Shown here: piece by piece, positions 27,637-34,898 of the stretch
How the letters are laid out: the number at the start of each line of letters is the position of its first letter
How positions within the stretch are numbered: position 1 is the stretch's first letter
DNA from: Bacteroidales bacterium
GTDB taxonomy: Bacteria; Bacteroidota; Bacteroidia; Bacteroidales; WCHB1-69
Length of the DNA: 64,000 nt
Assembly: GCA_016285085.1 (NCBI GenBank)
Contig: JAEEQA010000004.1
Coordinates: 13,836-77,835 of the forward strand
Direction: 5' to 3'
Notes under the pieces: generated by a model
The model's input: only the letters and a program-made list of their open reading frames with translations
What the model was told of the DNA's origin: nothing
Database searches by the model: none
Made by a program: the position numbers and the translations under genes

Positions 27637-29328
27637 TTATTCCTTCACCACCTTCCCCACGGATATCACCTTGCCGTCGTCCACCAATTTCACGAAATAG
27701 ATGCCGTTGGCGTAACGGGACAGATCAATCTGTACGGCCTGTAGAGACGTTTCATGAAACGTCTCTACAATATCCAACATCCTGCCAAACACGTCAAACA
27801 CCTGGATTTCAGGGTTAAGGGACAAGGTTTCCGGAGCCAGTTGGACGGTGGCGATGCCCGTGGTGGGGTTCGGATAGAGGATGAGGTCCGTGGTGCTGTT
27901 TTCGGTGATACCGACTATGGCATTTAGACAGCTGGTGGTGTCGGTACATCCGTTATAGGTGATAATGCAAGCGTATGAACCAGATGTCACGGGTTCAAAC
28001 AACCGTTCGGTAGCATTTTCAACCCACTCATTGGTTCCACAATCAATCCATTGGTATTCAGCGTTTTCTTGAGCTGCTTCCATTCTAATTGCGTACCATT
28101 GTGTACCAATCCAAGTAAGTCCTGTATTGATGCGGGTCACTGTCAAGGTCATGATGACAAGGCTGTCGCAGTCATTCGAGGAAGTCAGCATTACGCTGTC
28201 CGTGCCGTCGTTCTCAAACACAATACCGTTCCATGTATAGGGAAGTTCGCTCTCGCAAATGGTGGCTTCAACCAATTCGGTTACCGGTGTGTATATGGTA
28301 AGGTGCAGTATGATAGTGCTGTCGCTGTTCTCGATAGGATGCGTATAGTCTCCGCTGGAGGTGAGTTCTTCGCCGTACCAGTCGAAACTGCCACAGGCAA
28401 CGGCAGTGGTGTCAATAATGACAGGAGGTTCCACTCCCGCTGCCCAAAGCCGGAGGTTGTCGAGATAAAGGGACGAGCCCTGTTGCGGTTCGGAGTTGGC
28501 CGAAGAGAAGATCATAATCACCAGCGAATCGGCCTCCACATATTCAACGGTGCTGTCGATTTCGGAAAGCGGGGTATAGACAATTTCGAAGGGGGTGTAG
28601 GCCGAAACGTCCGTCAGGTTTGCGGTGTATCCGCCGCCCACGACCTCGCGCTGCTGCGTGGCAGGATTGTACTTGGACCCCAGCACCAGAATGCCGCCCT
28701 TGTCCCCGCCAACGCCCGAGGTGTATTTGTAATAGCCCGTCATCCGGCCAAAAGCCTCTCCGTTCAAGGGAATACCGCCGTCAATGATACTGTTGAGATC
28801 GACGCTGTCAAAGACACCCAGCAACAGGGGAAGACTGTCGAAATTGTTGGTGAAATCTTCTAACATCGGCAGCAGCTGGTCGATATCCACCGCGCCTGTG
28901 GTCAAAACCGTCGGGAACACCGTGGTGGTCAGCCACTCGTCTAAAGAGGATGAAGCCAGATTGTAAACGGTGGAATTGACGATGTCGGAGAGCATGAAAC
29001 TCTGCAGCTTGACCGCATGGGAACCCTCGGGCACGCCGGTGGTTTCGTCGGAAACTTTCAGTAGCGGAAGGTCCGTGTTCACATTGACCGTCATTCCGAA
29101 ATAGGTGACACTCTCGTTCACGGGATAGGTGGGGTAATTCCAGCCCGTCGGATACGTATAGCTATCGTAAACAGGCAAGGAGATAAAACCGCCCACGGAT
29201 GCGCTGTACCCATTGCCTGTTGACCAGTTCTCAAAACCGCTGTTTGTCAGAGGAATGGAATTTTGTCCCGTCGTCTTCACCGACAGGAGAAAAAAGAGGG
29301 GTAAAAGGAGAAGGATAAAACGTTTCAT
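27637..29328 (-). CDS. T9SS C-terminal-sorting-domain cargo protein (secreted, function unknown)
   Basis: The ORF track gives 27637..29370, but its first 14 codons derive from palindrome copy 7. The ATG at 29328 gives the signal peptide 'MKRFILLLLPLFFLLSVKTTGQ'. The N-terminal region is 'NSGFENW'-type. The C-terminus 'LYPNPTTG....VFDVFGR......IDLS.YANGIYFVKL...K' matches the Por_Secre_tail pattern. Confidence 0.78.
   Translation of the reverse strand: MKRFILLLLPLFFLLSVKTTGQNSIPLTNSGFENWSTGNGYSASVGGFISLPVYDSYTYPTGWNYPTYPVNESVTYFGMTVNVNTDLPLLKVSDETTGVPEGSHAVKLQSFMLSDIVNSTVYNLASSSLDEWLTTTVFPTVLTTGAVDIDQLLPMLEDFTNNFDSLPLLLGVFDSVDLNSIIDGGIPLNGEAFGRMTGYYKYTSGVGGDKGGILVLGSKYNPATQQREVVGGGYTANLTDVSAYTPFEIVYTPLSEIDSTVEYVEADSLVIMIFSSANSEPQQGSSLYLDNLRLWAAGVEPPVIIDTTAVACGSFDWYGEELTSSGDYTHPIENSDSTIILHLTIYTPVTELVEATICESELPYTWNGIVFENDGTDSVMLTSSNDCDSLVIMTLTVTRINTGLTWIGTQWYAIRMEAAQENAEYQWIDCGTNEWVENATERLFEPVTSGSYACIITYNGCTDTTSCLNAIVGITENSTTDLILYPNPTTGIATVQLAPETLSLNPEIQVFDVFGRMLDIVETFHETSLQAVQIDLSRYANGIYFVKLVDDGKVISVGKVVKE
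27640..27890 (-). other. T9SS type-A C-terminal sorting domain (interrupted by a 10-aa palindrome-encoded insert)
   Basis: The last ~83 aa. Boundaries approximate. Confidence 0.7.
27741..27768. repeat. Palindromic element copy 6 (centre TTTCATGAAA), in-frame inside the T9SS sorting domain
   Basis: The same perfect 28-bp palindrome as copies 4 and 5. On the minus strand it again reads VETFHETSLQ. It lies about 140 bp beyond the convergent NRPS stop. Confidence 0.9.
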
Positions 29329-29358
29329 TTGGGAAATGATTAGGGTTTTGTTTAAAAT

Positions 29359-29386
29359 GTAGAGACGCAAAATTTTGCGTCTCTAC
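29359..29386. repeat. Palindromic element copy 7 (centre CAAAATTTTG), intergenic
   Basis: A perfect palindrome, GTAGAGACGCAAAATTTTGCGTCTCTAC. It sits 16 bp downstream of the stop at 29402 (minus strand) and 31 bp upstream of the start at 29328. Confidence 0.9.
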
Positions 29387-29401
29387 AAATGTTACGGTTA
29401 T

Positions 29402-30601
29402 TTATTTTTCAATCGGCAGCGGTTCGTCGATGCGCTCGTTCCACGGGAGGCCGTATTTCCCGATTTCAGCGAGGAACGGATCCGGGTCGAACTGTTCGAC
29501 GTTGAACACGCCCGTGCCCTTCCATTGGCCGGTAAGGATCATCTTGGCACCGAGCATGCAGGGAACGCCGGTGGTATAGGAAACGGCCTGTGCGCCCACC
29601 TCCTTGAAACATTCGGCGTGGTCGCAGTTGTTCCAGATGTAGTAGGTGCGCTCCTTGCCGTCCTTGATGCCGCGCATCTGGCAGCCGATGGAGGTCTGTC
29701 CCTTGTAGCCTTCGCCCAAGGAGGAGGGCTCCGGTAGAACGGCCTTCAGGAACTGCAGCGGCACGATTTCCTTGCCCTCGTAATTGATGGGCTTGATGGA
29801 GGTGAGCCCCACCTCCTGCAGCACGTTCAGCACCGTAAGGTACTTCTGGCCGAAGGTCATCCAGAAACGGCCCCGCTTGATGGTGGGATAGTTCTTCACC
29901 AGCGATTCCAGTTCCTCATGGTAGAGCAGATAGGATTCCCTTTCGCCGATATTGGGATATTCAACGGATTTATGGATGCTCATCGGGTCGATTTCCACCC
30001 ACTGGCCGTTCTCCCAGTACTTGCCGCGCTGGGTGATTTCACGGATGTTGATTTCGGGGTTGAAGTTGGTGGCGAAAGCCTTGCCGTGGTCGCCGGCGTT
30101 GCAATCGACGATGTCGAGGTAGTGGATTTCGTCGAAGATGTGCTTGGCGGCGTAGGCGGTATAGATGCTGGTGACGCCCGGGTCGAAGCCGCAGCCGAGG
30201 AGGGCCATGATGCCGGCGTCCTTGAAGCGGTCTTGATAGGCCCACTGCCACTTGTACTCAAACTTGGCCACGTCCTTGGGTTCGTAGTTGGCGGTATCCA
30301 TATAGTTGGTGCGGGTGGCGAGGCAGGCGTCCATCAGCGGCAGGTCCTGATACGGGAGGGCGACGTTGATGAGCAGGTCCGGTTTCTCTTTCTCCAAGAG
30401 GGCGATGGTTTCCGGCACGTTGTCGGCATCCACCTGTGCTGTGCTGATGTTCGGTTTGCCGATGGCTGCCGCCAGCTTGTCGCATTTGGCTTTCGTGCGG
30501 CTCGCAATCACGATTTCAGAAAAAACTTCGGGAACGGAAGCACACTTGTGTGCCACCACTGCGCCGACACCACCGGCGCCGATGATTAAGACTTTTGCCA
30601 T
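29402..30601 (-). CDS. Carboxynorspermidine/carboxyspermidine dehydrogenase (saccharopine-dehydrogenase family)
   Basis: 399 aa. The N-terminal Rossmann segment 'KVLIIGAGGVGAVVAHK...IVIASRT..KC' and overall length match the CANSDH/CASDH proteins I recall from Vibrio and Bacteroides. Confidence 0.78.
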   Translation of the reverse strand: MAKVLIIGAGGVGAVVAHKCASVPEVFSEIVIASRTKAKCDKLAAAIGKPNISTAQVDADNVPETIALLEKEKPDLLINVALPYQDLPLMDACLATRTNYMDTANYEPKDVAKFEYKWQWAYQDRFKDAGIMALLGCGFDPGVTSIYTAYAAKHIFDEIHYLDIVDCNAGDHGKAFATNFNPEINIREITQRGKYWENGQWVEIDPMSIHKSVEYPNIGERESYLLYHEELESLVKNYPTIKRGRFWMTFGQKYLTVLNVLQEVGLTSIKPINYEGKEIVPLQFLKAVLPEPSSLGEGYKGQTSIGCQMRGIKDGKERTYYIWNNCDHAECFKEVGAQAVSYTTGVPCMLGAKMILTGQWKGTGVFNVEQFDPDPFLAEIGKYGLPWNERIDEPLPIEK

Positions 30602-30648
30602 AATTATTTGGGTTTATATTGTTAGAATCTTCATTAGGTTGCAGGCGG

Positions 30649-30656
30649 CAAAAATA
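30649..30656 (-). promoter_or_regulatory. Putative -7 box TATTTTTG (minus strand)
   Basis: TAnnTTTG match 48 bp upstream of the start at 30601. Confidence 0.4.
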
Positions 30657-30758
30657 CACAAAATTTCGGTTGGATGACCAGAAAAACAAAGGGGCCTCGG
30701 TTTGCACCTCAGCCCCACAAAAAACAAGGTATGATCTCAGGGTATAGGAAATAGGGGT

Positions 30759-30793
30759 TAGTTTTCAGTTCTCAGTTTTCAGTTTTCTGTTTA
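30759..30793 (-). repeat. Heptamer tract on the minus strand: TAAACAG-AAAACTG-AAAACTG-AGAACTG-AAAACTA, starting at the hydG stop
   Basis: Period 7. The stop triplets (upper coordinates 30793, 30781, 30774, 30767, 30760) cover all three minus-strand frames. Confidence 0.8.
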
Positions 30794-32245
30794 GAAATAC
30801 AGGTCCCGTTCCCCCTTCTTAATCCGCTCGATGCGGGCCAGCAGCTCGTCGCGGAACTGTTCGTCCACGTTGCAGAGGTTGTTCTCGATCACCTTCCAGC
30901 CCTTGGCCGCCACCTCGGGGGTAGCATAGTCCACCAGGTACTCGCTGAGCGTGAGGATGGCGTTGGGCGTGCAGTAACGCTTGATGAAGCCCGGCACGCT
31001 GAACTCCATGAAGTGCTCGCCGGTGCGGCCCAGACGGTAACAGGCCGTGCAGAAGCTGGGGATGTAGTTTCCGTCCAACAGCTCTTCGATGATGTCGCCG
31101 AGGTTGCGGTCGTCTCCAATCTTGAACTGCTCGCGGTGCAGGTTCTGGTTCTCCTGCTTGTCGCTGTTCTTCTCGGTCTCTTCGTGATGGTACTTGTAAT
31201 CACCGATCTGGAGGTTGGTGCCGCCGTCAATCTGCGAGATACCGTACTGGATGGCTTTGGCGCGGAAGTCGGCGTTCTCGCGGGCGGTGAGAATCATGCC
31301 GGTGTAGGGCACGGCCAGACGGAAGATGGCGATGATCTTCTCGAAGGTTTCGTCATCCACAAAGTATTTCTTGTCGATGTCCAGACCGGAGGCATCCTTG
31401 ATGCGCGGGAACGAGATGGTGTGCGGTCCCACGTTGAAGCAGGCTTCCAGGTGGTTGGTGTGGCGGATCATCGCCATCACCTCGAAACGCCAGTCGTACA
31501 GACCGAACAGGATACCGAGACCGTTGTCGTCGATGCCGGCCTGCTGGGCGCGGTCCATGGCGGTGAGGCGCCAGTTGAAGTCACCCTTGATGGTGTTGGC
31601 GGGGTGGTACCACGAGTAAGCCTCCGGGTGGTAGGTCTCCTGGAAAATCTGGTAGGTGCCGATGCCGGCCTCTTTCACCGTGCGGAAGCCCTCCACATCG
31701 AGCGGTGCGGCGTTGATGTTCACGCGGCGGATGGAGCCGTTGCCCTTGTGCACCGAATAGGCGAGGCGGGTGGTGTGGGCGATGAACTCCGGCGAATACT
31801 TCGGCGACTCGCCATAAACGAGGATGAGTCGTTTCTGACCGTCATCTTCCAAAGCCTCAATGTTATGCACGAACTCCTCATCGGTGAGGGTGGTGCGCAC
31901 CTGCTCGTGGTTGGAAGAGCGGAAACCGCAATATTTGCAGTTGTTCACGCAGTAGTTGCCCACGTACAGGGGGGCGAACAGCACGATGCGGTTGCCGTAG
32001 ATGCGGCGTTTCAGCTCGCGGGCACCTTCCTTGATCTCCTCCACGAGAGCGGGGTCGGTGGTGTTGATGAGCACGGCGGTCTCCTCGAGCGTGAGGCGCT
32101 CCTTGTTCAGCGATTTCTGAATCAGCGCGCGCACCCGCTCGGGTGTGCTTTTCGTGTTGTTGATGTAATCCCAAATTTCTTCAGGATCGATAAAAGGCTT
32201 GCCGATTTCGTCGGGAATCCGACATTTTTCTGGATTGAATTTCAT
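30791..32245 (-). CDS. hydG: [FeFe]-hydrogenase H-cluster maturase, radical-SAM tyrosine lyase HydG
   Basis: 484 aa. Carries the radical-SAM motif 'CVNNCKYC' and the HydG-specific C-terminal CX2CX22C motif ('CTAC' + 22 residues + 'C' in 'RYCTPNA'), which a ThiH would lack. Confidence 0.85.
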   Translation of the reverse strand: MKFNPEKCRIPDEIGKPFIDPEEIWDYINNTKSTPERVRALIQKSLNKERLTLEETAVLINTTDPALVEEIKEGARELKRRIYGNRIVLFAPLYVGNYCVNNCKYCGFRSSNHEQVRTTLTDEEFVHNIEALEDDGQKRLILVYGESPKYSPEFIAHTTRLAYSVHKGNGSIRRVNINAAPLDVEGFRTVKEAGIGTYQIFQETYHPEAYSWYHPANTIKGDFNWRLTAMDRAQQAGIDDNGLGILFGLYDWRFEVMAMIRHTNHLEACFNVGPHTISFPRIKDASGLDIDKKYFVDDETFEKIIAIFRLAVPYTGMILTARENADFRAKAIQYGISQIDGGTNLQIGDYKYHHEETEKNSDKQENQNLHREQFKIGDDRNLGDIIEELLDGNYIPSFCTACYRLGRTGEHFMEFSVPGFIKRYCTPNAILTLSEYLVDYATPEVAAKGWKVIENNLCNVDEQFRDELLARIERIKKGERDLYF

Positions 32246-32289
32246 GGTTGTTTATTTGTTTAATTGTTGATTTGTTTATCTGTTGATTC

Positions 32290-32317
32290 GTAGAGACGCA
32301 AAATTTTGCGTCTCTAC
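32290..32317. repeat. Palindromic element copy 8 (centre CAAAATTTTG), between the TM1266-like gene and hydG
   Basis: Identical 28-mer to copy 7. Coordinates are anchored on ORF-track positions (hydG start 32245; ORF 32306; stop 32323). Confidence 0.9.
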
Positions 32318-32345
32318 AATTTTCAATTTTCCGTTTTCAATTTCG
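32318..32345 (-). repeat. Heptamer tract spanning the TM1266-like gene stop and abutting palindrome copy 8
   Basis: The minus strand reads GCGAAATTGAAAACGGAAAATTGAAAATT. It encodes the same C-terminal peptide, KLKTEN*, as the GNAT gene at 1911-1931. Confidence 0.75.
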
Positions 32346-32580
32346 CCACCATTGATTTCGCTTCCACGTCGGGCAGGCGGCCCAGTTTGCCGGTGAGGGC
32401 GCTGATCTGGTCGGTGGTGCCTTCAATGATGAGGGAGATGAAATGGATGCCCTTGTCGCGCAGGGGCAGTCCCTGGCGGGCCAAAACAAGGTCGGCGAAC
32501 TCCGAAAGAAGCTCGTTCACTTGGGGAACAATGTCGCGGTTGCTGATGAGGATGCTGATGCTTCCGATTCTCTTTTCCAT
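32323..32580 (-). CDS. TM1266-family putative iron-only hydrogenase system regulator (small ACT/RHH-like protein)
   Basis: 85 aa, immediately upstream of hydG on the same strand. 'ISILI.NR......VN.LL..F...I..R.G.P......I.LI.EG..D.I.AL.GKLG.L' matches my recollection of this family. Confidence 0.65.
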   Translation of the reverse strand: MEKRIGSISILISNRDIVPQVNELLSEFADLVLARQGLPLRDKGIHFISLIIEGTTDQISALTGKLGRLPDVEAKSMVAKLKTEN

Positions 32581-32673
32581 TAGATTTTCCTTTGGATTAG
32601 ACTGATTATTAATATTTTATAGCGATGTTTTGTTTTGGAGAAGAAACATCCGCTCCGCAAGAAAACAACGCGG

Positions 32674-32681
32674 CAAAAGTA
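32674..32681 (-). promoter_or_regulatory. Putative -7 box TACTTTTG (minus strand) for the TM1266-hydG unit
   Basis: TAnnTTTG match 94 bp upstream of the start at 32580. Confidence 0.35.
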
Positions 32682-32788
32682 CAAAAAAGTTTTGGTAACT
32701 TGCCCCACTGAAAATGGAAAGGTTGACAAATTATATCGAACCATGTTTTCCCCCTTTTTATAATGATTGCTCTGCGAATTAATGTTGA

Positions 32789-33049
32789 TTATAGAAGAAA
32801 AAAACATAATGCTATAAGCGATAAAAAATACAGAATTGCAATTACTTCGAATAGCACTGCCCGCCGAAACAATTGAACATAGCGTACTTTATTATTAACA
32901 TCGTTACAATTCTCTAAAAATAATTTGAATTTTCTATACACCGACAAAGTCGCTAAACTATTGACGGAAATCCCATTTTCACGCAGGCAATTAATCAATT
33001 TATGGTAATAGAAACCTGAAAAATAATAAGGACAAGCCATAAAAAGCAC
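32789..33049 (-). CDS. Hypothetical small protein in the low-GC islet (doubtful)
   Basis: 86-aa ORF with a non-ATG first codon and a C-terminal hydrophobic segment. No family recognised. Confidence 0.2.
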   Translation of the reverse strand: MLFMACPYYFSGFYYHKLINCLRENGISVNSLATLSVYRKFKLFLENCNDVNNKVRYVQLFRRAVLFEVIAILYFLSLIALCFFLL

Positions 33050-33092
33050 ACTACTATTGGAATAATGAAAAAAGTCTGCATGGTGTCGTTTT

Positions 33093-33710
33093 CTATCGTT
33101 TATTGATACAATGTATTATTTTCGGTTTTTTATAGCGACAAATCTTGTGTGGTGAACGATGATTGCAATTCCTTTCACACTTGGGCATTTTCCCCTGTGG
33201 ATCTATTGCTACATTTGGATGAAATAAATAATAGTTTCTAATTGCATCTATTGTTGTTTGTTTTACATTTTGAAATCTGTTCTTTACCCAGTGGACGACA
33301 TCTTCGACATGGTGCTTTTTTCTACAGCAGTTGAGCCCGATAAAAGCATAAATGGTATCATTGTACGGAATAATAATCATTGAAACTTTTCCATAAACAC
33401 TTGGAGTAACAACATGATATATATGCTTATCAATAAAAAGAAGCGTGTCTTGTTCTGATGTCAATTTATTGTCGACATTTTCAATATCATACATGTAATA
33501 GATACCGTGTTTGATTCCTGTTCTATACTTTTTATTTATACCCCGAAACTCTTTGTCAATGCTTTTTTGAAAAGAGTCTCTCGGCCCATATAGGGTCATT
33601 TTTGACAATGTGTCCTGTGCCAAACAGGAATACTGCATGGAAAAAACAATTATTAGAAAAACTGCCATACTCTTATTTAGCATGATAAATCTCCCGGTGT
33701 GACTTTTCAT
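33093..33710 (-). CDS. Hypothetical secreted protein (low-GC islet)
   Basis: The ORF track gives 33093..33737. The ATG at 33710 is 17 bp downstream of a -7 box and gives the signal-like 'MKSHTGRFIMLNKSMAVFLIIVFSMQYSCLAQ'. No family recognised. Confidence 0.45.
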   Translation of the reverse strand: MKSHTGRFIMLNKSMAVFLIIVFSMQYSCLAQDTLSKMTLYGPRDSFQKSIDKEFRGINKKYRTGIKHGIYYMYDIENVDNKLTSEQDTLLFIDKHIYHVVTPSVYGKVSMIIIPYNDTIYAFIGLNCCRKKHHVEDVVHWVKNRFQNVKQTTIDAIRNYYLFHPNVAIDPQGKMPKCERNCNHRSPHKICRYKKPKIIHCINKR

Positions 33711-33726
33711 AAAGCAAATTTGAGCG

Positions 33727-33734
33727 CAAACATA
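33727..33734 (-). promoter_or_regulatory. Putative -7 box TATGTTTG (minus strand)
   Basis: TAnnTTTG match 17 bp upstream of the start at 33710. Confidence 0.4.
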
Positions 33735-33924
33735 CAAATCTTTTGTTTACGTTTGCACGATACCATTGCAGAAAAAAAGTTTTCAACATGCCCCAATTCC
33801 GTACATCGCCCTTTTCAACAACCTGTTTTCCTCAAAATCATACCACAAAAGGAATAAAATCCGCAATATTTTAACCTTCTAAAAACCAATAAATTGACCT
33901 CTTGACAAGCGGTTGCCCATATCG

Positions 33925-33932
33925 TATCTTTG
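33925..33932 (+). promoter_or_regulatory. Putative -7 box TATCTTTG
   Basis: TAnnTTTG match 34 bp upstream of the ATG at 33966. Same octamer as at 5603-5610. Confidence 0.45.
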
Positions 33933-33965
33933 CCATCGCTATTCATTAATTAAATCATAAAGTTT

Positions 33966-34871
33966 ATGGCAAAGAACAAAAACATTTTCCAGATTCCTAC
34001 CACGGATTTCACTTTCAAGAAAATCTTTGGCACAGAGGCGAACAAACGTTTCCTCATCGACTTCCTCAACAGCTTCGTATCCAAGTACACGGGCATCATT
34101 ACAGATGTAACCTATTTGCCCACAGAACAGTATGGACTGAACGACACCGAACGGCGGGCAGTGTTCGACCTGCTGTGTGTGGACCAGAACCAGCAGAATT
34201 TCATCATTGAGATGCAGCGTGCGAACCAGCCGGACTTTGCCGAACGTTCGATATTCTACCTCAGCCGTGCCATCAGCGCCAGTATGGAGAAAGGCGGTTA
34301 CGACTACCACATTCTCCCGTCCTATTCCGTGAACCTTCTCGATTTTGAATTGCCGGAGTACAAAAATTCCGGAGAATGCTTCCAAGTGCTGTTTCTCAAA
34401 GACCAAGAAAATCGAATCCTCACGACAAAAGTGGCAATATTTTACATAAAATTGCGTAATTTTGCCGCCGAAAGCCCCGAACTGACGGAAGGGATGCGAA
34501 ATTGGCTGGATTTGTTGAAGAACATGCCGAAAATGGACGACAGCGACTACGAGAGGCAGAAACCGCTGTTCAGGGAGCTTCTGGACGTATGTCGAATTTC
34601 AAAATTGAACACTATGGAAAAAGAGAATTACCGCAAGAGTGTGCTTGAGTACGAGGACGTGCAACGCGCTGTCTCCTATGCCAAGGAACTGGCTTTTGAG
34701 GATGGAATAAAGAAAGGAAGAGAGGAAGGAAGAGAGGAAGGAAGAGAGGAAGGAAGAGAGGAAGCCCTTGTCAACACGGCTAAAAAATTATTGACAATGG
34801 GTCTTTCCATTGAGGATATTGTGAAAGCGACAGGGTTGAACGAAGATCAGGTGCGGGAAATTGCAAGTTAG
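33966..34871 (+). CDS. Rpn/YhgA-like PD-(D/E)XK nuclease family protein ('putative transposase', PDDEXK_2-like)
   Basis: 301 aa. Shows 'TDFTFKKIFG', 'IIEMQR', and a C-terminal (GREE)x4 plus helix. Paralog of 4652..5563. Confidence 0.75.
   Translation: MAKNKNIFQIPTTDFTFKKIFGTEANKRFLIDFLNSFVSKYTGIITDVTYLPTEQYGLNDTERRAVFDLLCVDQNQQNFIIEMQRANQPDFAERSIFYLSRAISASMEKGGYDYHILPSYSVNLLDFELPEYKNSGECFQVLFLKDQENRILTTKVAIFYIKLRNFAAESPELTEGMRNWLDLLKNMPKMDDSDYERQKPLFRELLDVCRISKLNTMEKENYRKSVLEYEDVQRAVSYAKELAFEDGIKKGREEGREEGREEGREEALVNTAKKLLTMGLSIEDIVKATGLNEDQVREIAS
34716..34763 (+). repeat. Perfect 12-bp tandem repeat (GGAAGAGAGGAA x4) encoding (GREE)4
   Basis: Read directly from the sequence. It lies within the Rpn-like CDS. 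The paralog has a diverged single version (EGREEGRAEG). Confidence 0.9.
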
Positions 34872-34898
34872 GAATGCGGCACAACTCTCTCCATCTAG

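Noticed and set aside
27637-29370. N-terminal extensions suggested by the ORF track (27637..29370, 39926..41782, 5926..7119, 4652..5605, 2722..3270, 14740..15114, 33093..33737, 1395..1931).
   Set aside because: In each case an internal ATG gives a proper signal peptide or family N-terminus and lies downstream of a TAnnTTTG box or repeat element that the extension would have to include. The shorter coordinates were used.
29375-29737. ORFs beginning MRLY.../MKRLY... (29375..29737, 32306..32605, 21976..22176, the N-terminus of 27637..29370, 21474..21977, 24057..25070).
   Set aside because: Their first codons are the TTG or ATG plus CGTCTCTAC of the palindromic element. They are artefacts of the repeat, not genes.
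30791-32245. The alternative call ThiH (2-iminoacetate synthase) for the radical-SAM protein.
   Set aside because: The length (484 aa) and the C-terminal CX2CX22C auxiliary-cluster motif are HydG features, and the upstream TM1266-type gene supports the hydrogenase-maturation context.
4585-32317. Whether the repeated palindromes form a CRISPR array.
   Set aside because: The copies are dispersed over 28 kb with irregular spacing, lie in or next to unrelated genes, have no cas genes nearby, and no regular repeat-spacer structure.
34716-34763. The (GGAAGAGAGGAA)4 repeat as a phase-variation switch.
   Set aside because: The unit length is a multiple of three, so copy-number change keeps the frame. 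At most it varies a linker length.
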